Assembly: GCA_944332295.1 (NCBI GenBank)
Contig: CALVJR010000002.1
Span: forward strand, 72,589 to 136,588
DNA: 64,000 bases
Direction: 5' to 3'
Source: an uncultured Bacilli bacterium
GTDB lineage: Bacteria > Bacillota_I > Bacilli_A > RF39 > UBA660
Shown here: piece after piece, positions 53,411 to 62,174 of the stretch
Numbering within the stretch: the first letter of the stretch is position 1
Layout: each line of letters begins with the position of its first letter
Notes under the pieces: generated by a model
Told to the model about the DNA's origin: nothing
Database searches by the model: none
The model's input: only the letters and a program-made list of their open reading frames with translations
Position numbers and translations under genes: made by a program

Positions 53411-53480
53411 ATTTTTGCACCAAAAAAACGGCGAAAAATCCTTATAAAATAAGGGTTTTCGTTTTTTTTTGGTGCAATTC
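53411..53480. repeat. about 65-bp hyphenated palindrome between convergent genes (arms GCACCAAAAAAACG / CGTTTTTTTTTGGTGC around a near-palindromic CTTATAAAATAAGGG core), within a region of reiterated TTGCACCAAAAAAA-type and CTTATAAAATAAGGG motifs (53330-53600)
   Basis: Read directly. CTTATAAAATAAGGG occurs at 53334-53348 and 53441-53455; GGTGCAA/TGCACC copies at 53417, 53471, 53524 and 53567. Confidence 0.6.
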
Positions 53481-53631
53481 CCATATCCTGTTGTATTTTT
53501 TTTAGGTATAAAAATGAGTTTTTTTACCAAAAAAGCATATGCGATCAAAAAAATATTGGTGCAACATTTTTTCGATTTTTTGTGAAGTAAAAAACAACTC
53601 CTGTACTAGCAAGTTGTTTGCATTTTAATAT

Positions 53632-53850
53632 TTATAACTTTTGTAAATTTCCATAATTACTAGATATAAAAACATTAAAAACTTTATGTTCGTATTTTTT
53701 CTGCAAATCAGTAATATCAAGAATTATTTTTTTTAATGTTTTTATGTTTTTAGTAAGAATGATAAAATTAATTATTTCGTTTTCTTCTATGACATTATAT
53801 GAAATGACTGTATCTTCATCGAGAAAAATATTATTATTAGTTTTATTCAT
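53632..53850 (-). CDS. hypothetical small protein (72 aa)
   Basis: ORF whose start overlaps the stop of an upstream reading frame (ATGAATAA). Confidence 0.35.
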   Translation of the reverse strand: MNKTNNNIFLDEDTVISYNVIEENEIINFIILTKNIKTLKKIILDITDLQKKYEHKVFNVFISSNYGNLQKL

Positions 53851-54146
53851 ATTGTATGCTCATCAATTCTTCTAAAGATTTACATTCTTCAAGATATTTT
53901 CTAAATGTATCATCATATTTTTTCTCAAGTTGTAGTTTCTCATTTTCCCATTCCCTATGAGATTTACGAAATAATTTACAAGGCTCATTATCAATTAACA
54001 CATCATATTGTTCTCTAATGATTTTACATTGATTATCATAGAAATTAGCAAAAGTTAAAGTACTATCTCTTAAATGAATGAATTGTATAGTAAATAGTTT
54101 ATCTATTATTACTTCATTAGATAGTATTTCATTTTTTCTTTTTCAT
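53843..54146 (-). pseudogene. about 100-codon ORF interrupted by a frameshift in an A6 (T6 on the plus strand, 54132-54137) homopolymer; translationally coupled to 53632..53850
   Basis: ATG AAA AAG AAA AAA TGA in frame 0. Removing one A fuses it to a 95-codon open frame ending in TAA that overlaps the downstream ATG. Confidence 0.3.
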
Positions 54147-54289
54147 ATAGACCACCTTTTGTTTTTGTGAATAATTTTTCCAATTCTGCAAACCCTATTC
54201 CTAGTACTAATAGGAATTTCAAACCAAAAAAATATTTTTAGTATATCATTGACTTATGATTTTAAACAAAGAATTGGAGGTGTGTAGAT

Positions 54290-54502
54290 ATGCAACTTAA
54301 GGCGACTGATTATAAACCAAAAGAAATCATTAAATTCATTCGTGAATGGACAGAATTAACTCAAAATGATTTTGCAAAATCTATACACCGTAGTAGAAAG
54401 ACTATTGAAGGTTATGAATATGGAACAATTAATGTTAGTCTTGCTACACTTTTAAAAATTTGTAAGACACATGATATAGAAATTATTATTCGCAAGAAAT
54501 AG
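54290..54502 (+). CDS. XRE-family HTH transcriptional regulator (70 aa)
   Basis: HTH_3 pattern (IREWTELTQNDFAKSIHRSRKTIEGYEYG). Confidence 0.6.
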   Translation: MQLKATDYKPKEIIKFIREWTELTQNDFAKSIHRSRKTIEGYEYGTINVSLATLLKICKTHDIEIIIRKK

Positions 54503-54660
54503 TTTCTTTTTTTTATTTTCACTTCATTTACTTCTTTATACTTAATGTACTATCTATTGTTGTCATAATGATTATATCATATTTTTGCTCATATACACCG
54601 AAGAAAATTAAAAATAGCCGAATTTAATGTCATTATTTTTATTGAGGATAGGTGAAAATA

Positions 54661-55107
54661 ATGAATCAAAGGTTAGAAGATTTAAGAGACGAAAAGAACT
54701 TATTGAAAAAACAAGTAGCAAAAGACATTGGTGTGGTGGAATCGGTTTATTCAGAATGGGAAAATGGAAAGCTATCTATTCCAACTAAAAGAATATTTCA
54801 ATTAGCAAACTATTTTGAGGTAAATATTGATTATATGTTAGGCATTTCAAATAATAGAACACATATCAAATCTAATTGTAATATTGATATTCATGTAGTA
54901 GCAAGCAGAATTAAGGAAATAAGAAAATCACTCAAACTAACTATGAGAGAACTAGCAAGTAAGTTTAATACATCTTCTTCTGCTATTAGTAATTATGAAA
55001 ACGAAAAATATTTAATATTAAGTCCATTTTTAGTTGAATTATGCAAATCTACTAACTATTCTATTGACTGGGTACTTGGTAGATCTAATAAAAAGTATCG
55101 CGATTAA
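54661..55107 (+). CDS. XRE-family regulator with two tandem HTH domains
   Basis: Two HTH_3-like repeats (LLKKQVAKDIGVVESVYSEWENG... and LTMRELASKFNTSSSAISNYENEK...); the start is set at the ATG after GGTGA. Confidence 0.55.
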   Translation: MNQRLEDLRDEKNLLKKQVAKDIGVVESVYSEWENGKLSIPTKRIFQLANYFEVNIDYMLGISNNRTHIKSNCNIDIHVVASRIKEIRKSLKLTMRELASKFNTSSSAISNYENEKYLILSPFLVELCKSTNYSIDWVLGRSNKKYRD

Positions 55108-55201
55108 TCGTTAATTTATCTAAAATCAAAGTCAAAATCAAAAAACATTGTTATTAAATTAATGTTATGGTATAATAAAACTCGATTGAGGGGGAATTTG
55201 C

Positions 55202-55741
55202 ATGGAAAAAACGCGAAGAAACAGAATTATAGTTATGTCTATTATGACTTACTATGCACGACAAATATTTGATGAAACCAAAGGATATGAGTTTAGAAAA
55301 TCACCATTAAAGGACCAAGATTTAGATAAAAAAATTTATGTTTATTCTGCAAAAGAAGATAAAGCTCTAATTGGATACATGAAAGTTTCAGAAATTTTAA
55401 AGGGTAATACTACACAAATTTTAAAATCTACCGGTTATGATGTGAGACCAGATGGTCATGAAATCGTTGATTATTATGGAAAAGACTTTCAAAGATGTTG
55501 TGCTTTAAAATTATATGACGTAACTGAATTTGAAGAATATCTTACATTAAGAGATATGCGAAAAATTGATCCTAATATTAATCTACCACAATATTATTCC
55601 TATATTTATGAAAGTAATCCTTTATATGATGTTATTAGAGAATGGGATGAAGCATTTAGTTTAGATGGAAATTTGTGTAAAAATCCAACTAAACAGAAAC
55701 AATTGATTTTACAAAGAGGTATAGAAAGAAGGAGAAAATAA
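55202..55741 (+). CDS. ASCH/PUA-like domain protein (179 aa)
   Basis: N-terminal block SIMTYYARQIFDETKGYEFRK resembles the ASCH beta-barrel start (SIKP-YAE-I--G-K-YEFRR). Confidence 0.4.
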   Translation: MEKTRRNRIIVMSIMTYYARQIFDETKGYEFRKSPLKDQDLDKKIYVYSAKEDKALIGYMKVSEILKGNTTQILKSTGYDVRPDGHEIVDYYGKDFQRCCALKLYDVTEFEEYLTLRDMRKIDPNINLPQYYSYIYESNPLYDVIREWDEAFSLDGNLCKNPTKQKQLILQRGIERRRK

Positions 55742-55742
55742 A

Positions 55743-56087
55743 ATGATTCATGAAATGAAATTACAACCAGAATATTACAATTTTATATTGAATGGTACAA
55801 AAAGAATTGAAATAAGATTATATGATGAAAAAAGACAAAGTATAAAATTAGGAGATACAATTAAATTTTTAAAGGAGCCTGAATTATCAGAATCTTTTAA
55901 TGCAAAAGTTATAGGTTTATTAAGATATAATTCTTTCAAAGATATGTTTAAAGATTTTGATATTTCTATTTTGTCTGATAAATCAATGACAAAAGAAGAA
56001 TTAATTAAAGTGCTAGAACAATTTTATACTAAAGAAAAACAGGAACAATATGGTGTATTAGGTATAAGAATAGAATTGATAGATTAA
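55743..56087 (+). CDS. ASCH-domain protein (114 aa)
   Basis: MKLQPEYYNFILNGTKRIEIRLYDEKRQ is a classic ASCH N-terminus. Confidence 0.55.
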   Translation: MIHEMKLQPEYYNFILNGTKRIEIRLYDEKRQSIKLGDTIKFLKEPELSESFNAKVIGLLRYNSFKDMFKDFDISILSDKSMTKEELIKVLEQFYTKEKQEQYGVLGIRIELID

Positions 56088-56169
56088 CTGATAGTCTATC
56101 TTTTTATTATTGTCAAAATAACAAAAAAGTGTTAGAATAAACAACATATTGTGAGGGAGGCTTGGTTTT

Positions 56170-56727
56170 ATGGTTTATATTGAAAGTTTAAAAAGTTATA
56201 TTGGAAAAATAAGTGATGAAGAATTTGCAGATTTAGCTAAAAGAATCTATGATATTACTGATTTTATTTGTGAAGATTATCCAAAACATAAAGAATGGTA
56301 TTTTCATAAACAACTACCTAGAATTTTTACACCAAGTGGCGAGATTTTGTTTGCAAGATCAAATGAAGATGATAACACTATATTGGCAATGTCATGCTTA
56401 AAGAAAGATGAAGAAGAAAAGAAGATTTGTACTTTATATGTGTCAGATCAATGTAGAGGTCAACATTTAGGGACAAGAATGGTGGAAGCTTCTATGAAAT
56501 TTTTAGAAACTACAAAACCACTAATTACTTTGGCAGATTATAAATTACCTATGTTCCAACCAATAATAGATAAATATGGATGGGAATTAACTGAAATTGT
56601 TGAAGGATTATATAATGATAGAGCTAAAGAACTATGTTTTAATGGAACACTTACAAAACAAGCTAACATGGATAAACAAGGACCGTCTTTAGTAAAAAAA
56701 CTTAAAGATGATAATTCAAATACTTAA
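56170..56727 (+). CDS. GNAT-fold acetyltransferase-like protein
   Basis: Motif-A-like CRGQHLGTRMVEA within a 185-aa protein of GNAT size. Confidence 0.45.
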   Translation: MVYIESLKSYIGKISDEEFADLAKRIYDITDFICEDYPKHKEWYFHKQLPRIFTPSGEILFARSNEDDNTILAMSCLKKDEEEKKICTLYVSDQCRGQHLGTRMVEASMKFLETTKPLITLADYKLPMFQPIIDKYGWELTEIVEGLYNDRAKELCFNGTLTKQANMDKQGPSLVKKLKDDNSNT

Positions 56728-56912
56728 AAATGTTGTTGTAATAAAAAAATATATACGGTATAATTAATACATCAAATACGAATGAACTTTTTACTAAAGT
56801 GTGCGTAACCCCTTTAGTAAACGCTCCATAAGAGCAATTAAAACTCATACTGTTTGGTATGAGTTTTTTATAATGCATTTTTATTGCATTTTTAAGTGCA
56901 ATTGTAGTTTAG

Positions 56913-58154
56913 CTATTTTTTTTGTAAATGTTTTTTTAAAGATTTTGATATCTGGTCACATTTTTCTTTATATGGTTTGCTATTTATTTCTAAATATATA
57001 TTAGGAACATTTGGATTAATCATTAACGAAAGTATATTGTTTAGCATATTATTATATTCTGTTAGAGTGTTTTTACTTACTATACTTTCTAATTTGTCGG
57101 TGTCATTATTGATTGCGATTTCATCAAAAAAGCCTTCAAATGTAGTAAACAAGTCACCTGATAAAGGTAATATAGAAAGATACACAGATTGACATTCTCC
57201 ATTATTATCAAATAGTTGTGGTAAAATATTTTTATCTTCGAAAGCATGCTTATCAGTTCTTAGTTCATTAATTACATTATAGTCAATACCTCCGTTTTCG
57301 ACAGCATGCCTTATTTCATGATAGAAATTATGATTTAGATTAAATCCTTTATTTTCTAATATAGGAGATATAATCCAATTATTTATTGTCTCTATATTAT
57401 TTTCTTTAATGTAGAAATGTGCACATTGCATTTGTCCATTTTGTAAAAAGATATCTTGTTGTAACATTCTGTATAATAAATCTTCTAGGCTTGTCTGTTT
57501 TAGATCGTTTTCACTAATACCATTATTTTTTGTAAAGTATCTAAATAGTCTTTGTCCCCATAATGTTTTCTTTAGTAAGGATATTTGATATTCTGTTTCT
57601 ATTTTCTTCATTTTATCTAATATTGAATCGATAATGTGAGTATTAGTTACGGGCTTGCATCCTAAATTGTTGCATTGCGTAAAATATTTTTGCTGTGATT
57701 TGTGTATTTGATTTTTCATATCATCAAGCGTATATGGATTATTTAATATGTTAATTACATCGCTAGAGTAGCTACTTAAAGATAATTCTTCAATAGGTAT
57801 ATCTTTTTTATTTAATACTGCTTCAGAGATTCCATATTCTTTACATAATAATCTTCTTATGTTCATTATTTTCATTTTTTTTAATTCTTTATTAATTTTT
57901 ATGTAATCTAAATATTCTGTAATCATGTTATCATATTCTATTTGACTTTTAAAATGATTATTAAAATCTTTTAGTTCTTCGTATATTAAATCTGGTGTAG
58001 AACTCATTAAATAGAAAGTATGATTTATTCTGTGTTCTATCAGTTCTTTATTTTTTTTACCATATTGTGACGTGTAATAAGATATTAATGTCTTATTCAT
58101 ATCCGCTAGTATTTCTTGGCAATAAATAACTTGCTCTATAAATTTTGTTGTCAT
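56913..58154 (-). CDS. hypothetical 413-aa protein containing an HExxH motif (FYHEIRHAVENGG)
   Basis: Motif read directly; family unknown. Confidence 0.4.
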   Translation of the reverse strand: MTTKFIEQVIYCQEILADMNKTLISYYTSQYGKKNKELIEHRINHTFYLMSSTPDLIYEELKDFNNHFKSQIEYDNMITEYLDYIKINKELKKMKIMNIRRLLCKEYGISEAVLNKKDIPIEELSLSSYSSDVINILNNPYTLDDMKNQIHKSQQKYFTQCNNLGCKPVTNTHIIDSILDKMKKIETEYQISLLKKTLWGQRLFRYFTKNNGISENDLKQTSLEDLLYRMLQQDIFLQNGQMQCAHFYIKENNIETINNWIISPILENKGFNLNHNFYHEIRHAVENGGIDYNVINELRTDKHAFEDKNILPQLFDNNGECQSVYLSILPLSGDLFTTFEGFFDEIAINNDTDKLESIVSKNTLTEYNNMLNNILSLMINPNVPNIYLEINSKPYKEKCDQISKSLKKHLQKK

Positions 58155-58226
58155 TGATTATTTACCTCTTTCTGCTGTTTATGAAGTATTATAGATTATA
58201 TCAGTTTAAAAGAAAAGGTTGCTAGT

Positions 58227-58781
58227 CTATTTTTGTAATTCTTTTAATAATTCTTTCGTATCATCATGCATTTTGATTTCTTTTTCTTTTAGTCTTATTT
58301 TTTGTTTTTCTAGACAATAGAGTAGAGCATTGTCTATATTTTGATATGCTATCTCTTTTACTGGTTTTAATGCTTCTGGAATTTTTTCTCTACCGATTTT
58401 ATCTGCAATATAAATAATTTTTGCTAGTAAATCCATACTTTTATTTCCTATTGTATGGTATTTTATAGCATTACAAATATCGTCATCTAAATTATATTTT
58501 TCTTTTGCTATTACGGCTCCAATATCGGCATGTTTAATATTTATGTTTTCTTTATTTTCTAAATCTTTCGATAATTTTCCTTTTTCTATCCAATAAATAT
58601 TTTCTTCTTCTGTTAATTCTTTTGCAACATCATGAATTAATCCTGCTAGGTATGCTTTATCTTCATTTATATGATAATGTTTTGCTAAAGACTTTGCTTC
58701 TTTTGCAACCATAATACTATGATTATATCTTTTTGGTGAAAGAGAGTTTTTTAAATCTTCGTTTATCTGGTCTATTTTCAT
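58227..58781 (-). CDS. YqeK-like HD-domain hydrolase (bis(5'-nucleosyl)-tetraphosphatase family)
   Basis: HD motif (LIHDVAKE) and IKYHTIGNKSMDLLAKIIYIADKIG, matching the YqeK pattern IRYHTSG...LEKVIYVADYIEP. Confidence 0.55.
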   Translation of the reverse strand: MKIDQINEDLKNSLSPKRYNHSIMVAKEAKSLAKHYHINEDKAYLAGLIHDVAKELTEEENIYWIEKGKLSKDLENKENINIKHADIGAVIAKEKYNLDDDICNAIKYHTIGNKSMDLLAKIIYIADKIGREKIPEALKPVKEIAYQNIDNALLYCLEKQKIRLKEKEIKMHDDTKELLKELQK

Positions 58782-58905
58782 GGTTATCCATCCTTTTCTT
58801 AATGAAAGTATATCATATTTTTCTTTTATTAAAAATTTAATTAACTACTTCTCATCTTTTTAAAATTATGATACAATGATTTCATAATAGGAAGGGTAGG
58901 ATAGT

Positions 58906-59544
58906 ATGACTGATGAAAATATAAGAAAAGTTAAACGAAGAGGAAGAAATGTACCAAAGAGATATACAAAAGAACAAAAGGAAGTTCTGGAAGTTGAACA
59001 AGAAGGATGCTGGGTATATATTTTATTATTATCTACTATAGTAATACTTGCTCATTCTTTAAAAGATTATACTTTTTCTTTTGATAATATAACTTTGACA
59101 TATTCTTTATTTGTATTACCAGTGGTATATTTTGTTACTAATTATATTACTAAGAAATATGGTTATGCGAAATCTGTTGTTAGTATTGCTATGTCAGGAT
59201 TATTGTTAGTATTGTTTAGTATTATTATGAGCTTTGTAATAGGTAAAAGTTTTAATTTTTATGATATTAGTGGTGAGTTTTGCGGGTATGTTGTTAGTCA
59301 GTTTGTTAACTTGACTATTTATCAATTTTTATTAGTAAATACTACAGGTTCATTTATTTTAATTTATTTAACTTATATGTTTGCTTTTGTTGTTTTTTAT
59401 TTATTCTATACATTGCTTTATATGAATCTGTTAGTATTTGATAATTATTGGACATCATATTTTTCAACACTTCTTCTTCAAGGTATTATTTGTTTGTTAT
59501 TAACATTCTTTGATGTTAATACGAAGCCGGGCTTAGAAATTTAA
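58906..59544 (+). CDS. polytopic membrane protein, possibly a VUT/DUF165-type (queuosine-precursor transporter-like) transporter
   Basis: Basic cytoplasmic N-terminus then about six TM segments; family assignment tentative. Confidence 0.3.
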   Translation: MTDENIRKVKRRGRNVPKRYTKEQKEVLEVEQEGCWVYILLLSTIVILAHSLKDYTFSFDNITLTYSLFVLPVVYFVTNYITKKYGYAKSVVSIAMSGLLLVLFSIIMSFVIGKSFNFYDISGEFCGYVVSQFVNLTIYQFLLVNTTGSFILIYLTYMFAFVVFYLFYTLLYMNLLVFDNYWTSYFSTLLLQGIICLLLTFFDVNTKPGLEI

Positions 59545-59567
59545 AAAATCGCTTGATAGCGATTTTT

Positions 59568-60263
59568 TTATGTGATAATTGATAATATTATTAATATTGT
59601 ATTATGAAGCATATGCATTAACATTGATGTGTATATTGTGTCTGTTTTTTGATACATTATGGCAAATGCTGCTCCTAGACTTCCATATGGTATAATAAAT
59701 AATAAATCCATAGGGGATGTCATACTTGTTATTACGTGTAATGAACCAAATACTAAACTAGATAGTCCGATGAATAACCATTTATTAGGAAATGCATTTT
59801 TGTAACATTTTCTAAATATAATTTCTTCTACACAAGGAGCAATAATTCCAGCATTTATTACCATTACCCAGGGTAAGTAAGAGATTAATTGTTGTACTGC
59901 TTGTTCGTTAGCTGCTTGTCCCATTTTTAATACAAATGTAAGAATAGTATTAGATACCATCATTACGATTAAGCCAATAATCCAATATTTTATTCCAGTA
60001 TCAATATTTTCTAAAAGTTTTTCTTTAAATATTTTCCATTCATGTAGTAATTGTTTTCTGAATATGATGATTAGAATGATTAATATGATTGTATTTGAAA
60101 ATAGAGATAATAGTACTTGAGTTGAACCAGTGATTTTTTTAATATTAAATAAATATATTGGGATTAGTTGTAGATATGCACTAAAATAATATAGAATGAA
60201 TAATGCGATACCAATGATTACTCCTTTAATATTTATTAGTTCGTTTTTTTTAAATTTGCTCAT
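59568..60263 (-). CDS. CPBP-family intramembrane metalloprotease (CAAX protease / Abi-like)
   Basis: EEIIFRKCY and FGSLHV motifs in TM helices. Confidence 0.65.
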   Translation of the reverse strand: MSKFKKNELINIKGVIIGIALFILYYFSAYLQLIPIYLFNIKKITGSTQVLLSLFSNTIILIILIIIFRKQLLHEWKIFKEKLLENIDTGIKYWIIGLIVMMVSNTILTFVLKMGQAANEQAVQQLISYLPWVMVINAGIIAPCVEEIIFRKCYKNAFPNKWLFIGLSSLVFGSLHVITSMTSPMDLLFIIPYGSLGAAFAIMYQKTDTIYTSMLMHMLHNTILIILSIIT

Positions 60264-60447
60264 AATATAGTTTTTCCTTTCTTATAAATTGTGAATTATT
60301 ATTAAGTAATTCCTTCTTCAAGAATAGCATAAAAGTTATTAAAATTAAAGATATTTGTTTGTATTTTACAAAAAGTATGTTATACTATGTACAGAAAGGA
60401 GTGGGAAGAAAAAGGTCCCGCTCCTTATTATTTCTAGGAGGTGAAGT

Positions 60448-60702
60448 ATGAAAGAGAAAATAATTGATTTGGTGAGTGATCATTTAGTTGAATTTCAAGT
60501 CTATATTGATGATGTTTTTGTATCTGTAGAGGAAGGGAAAAAGTTATTAAATATTGTCTTGGATAGTAATTCTGTTATTATTGATTTAAATCTAATTACG
60601 GAGGCTTCTAGAGTTATTAACCAAATTATTGATAAAAACAATGTGTTAGATGATGATATTTATGAAGTAGATATTTATTCTAAAGAGAAGGGAGAAGATT
60701 AA
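60448..60702 (+). CDS. rimP: ribosome maturation factor RimP, N-terminal domain only (84 aa)
   Basis: Position immediately upstream of nusA and similarity to the RimP N-domain; no C-terminal Sm-like domain is encoded. Confidence 0.5.
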   Translation: MKEKIIDLVSDHLVEFQVYIDDVFVSVEEGKKLLNIVLDSNSVIIDLNLITEASRVINQIIDKNNVLDDDIYEVDIYSKEKGED

Positions 60703-60703
60703 T

Positions 60704-61873
60704 ATGAACGGAAAAGAGTTTTTAAAAGCATTAAATAATATTGTTAAAGAAAAAAATATTGATCCAGAAGTGGTGTATGATGCTATGGAATTAGCACTTA
60801 CTTCTGCTTATAAGAAAAACTTTAATTCTAAGACGAATGTAAAAGTATTGTTTGATCGTATTACTGGTGAAATTAAAGTGTATTCTTATTTGACTGTTGT
60901 TCCTGATGATAAGATGACAAAAGAAGAATATGAAGATTATTTGTTTGAACATTATACTGATGAGGATGACGAAGAAGAGGAAGAAGAAACTTTAGAAGAG
61001 GAAGCTCCTGTAAGTTACTTTAACCCTGAAACTGAAATTAAAGTAAGTGAAGCTAAGAAAATTGATAAAACTTTAGAGGTTGGAGATACTATTGATAAAG
61101 AAGTTACTCCAAAAGATTTTGGTCGTGTTGCTACTTCTACTGCTAAACAAGTTGTTATTCAAAAAATTCGTGAAGCAGAGAGAAATAGTATTATGGAAGA
61201 GTTTGGTGATAAACAAGATGAACTTTTAATTGGTACTGTAGCATTAGAAGATACAGATAATTACTTTATCGATTTAGGTCGTACTAATGGTATTTTACCT
61301 AAGAAAGATATTATTCCAGGAGAAAAAATTGAAATGGGTTCTCAAATTAAAGTATATGTTACTAAAGTAGATAATAATGGTAAGAACTTACTTATTTTAT
61401 TAAGTCGTAGTCATTATGGATTTGTTAAGAGATTATTTGAACTTGAGATTCCTGAACTTGCTGATGGTACTATTATGTTATATAGTGTAGCAAGAGATCC
61501 TGGAAATAGAAGTAAAGTTGCTGTTTATTCAGAATATTCTAATATTGATCCAATTGGTGCATGTATTGGTGAGAAGGGTAGTAGAATTGCTCGTATTATT
61601 GAAGAGTTACATGGAGAAAAGTTAGATGTTGTTAAATATGATAAGGATCCAGCAATTTTTATTGAGAATGCTTTAAGTCCTGCTAAAGATTTAACAGTAT
61701 GTATTACAGATCCTAAAAAACAAGAAGCTATGGTTATTGCTGATGGAGATAATTTTTCTTTAGCAATTGGTAAGAGAGGACAAAATGCTCGTCTTGCTAG
61801 TAAACTTACTCATTATAAGATTGATATTAAAACTACAGAACAAGCTAGAGAAGCTGGCATTAACTTTAGATAA
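60704..61873 (+). CDS. nusA: transcription termination/antitermination factor NusA
   Basis: N-terminal RNAP-binding domain, an acidic insertion, the S1 domain (DLGRTNGILPKKDIIPGE) and two KH domains. Confidence 0.85.
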   Translation: MNGKEFLKALNNIVKEKNIDPEVVYDAMELALTSAYKKNFNSKTNVKVLFDRITGEIKVYSYLTVVPDDKMTKEEYEDYLFEHYTDEDDEEEEEETLEEEAPVSYFNPETEIKVSEAKKIDKTLEVGDTIDKEVTPKDFGRVATSTAKQVVIQKIREAERNSIMEEFGDKQDELLIGTVALEDTDNYFIDLGRTNGILPKKDIIPGEKIEMGSQIKVYVTKVDNNGKNLLILLSRSHYGFVKRLFELEIPELADGTIMLYSVARDPGNRSKVAVYSEYSNIDPIGACIGEKGSRIARIIEELHGEKLDVVKYDKDPAIFIENALSPAKDLTVCITDPKKQEAMVIADGDNFSLAIGKRGQNARLASKLTHYKIDIKTTEQAREAGINFR

Positions 61874-61892
61874 TTGTTTTTGAGGAGGTTTT

Positions 61893-62156
61893 ATGAAAGT
61901 TAGAAAAATACCTTTAAGAACTTGTGTTGTTACGAAAGAAAAATTGCCTAAACAAGAGTTACTTCGTATCGTTCGTACACCGGAAGGTAGTGTTATGATT
62001 GATGAAGGTGGAAAAATGAATGGTCGAGGTGCATATATTAAAAGAGATGTTCAAGTTTTAGAACAAGCAAGGAAGAAAAAAGTTTTGGAAAGACACTTAG
62101 AATGTAGTATAGATGATAGTGTATATGAGGAAATAAAAAGTGTATTAGAAAAATAA
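61893..62156 (+). CDS. ylxR: YlxR-family RNA-binding protein (DUF448)
   Basis: IPLRTCVVTKEKLPKQELLRIV...GRGAYI is the YlxR signature; position after nusA. Confidence 0.75.
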   Translation: MKVRKIPLRTCVVTKEKLPKQELLRIVRTPEGSVMIDEGGKMNGRGAYIKRDVQVLEQARKKKVLERHLECSIDDSVYEEIKSVLEK

Positions 62157-62174
62157 ATGGAGGTGAAGGTAATC

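Noticed and set aside
53226-53423. Minus-strand 65-aa ORF
   Set aside because: Spans the repeat and palindrome region and the 3' end of the plus-strand gene; likely non-coding.
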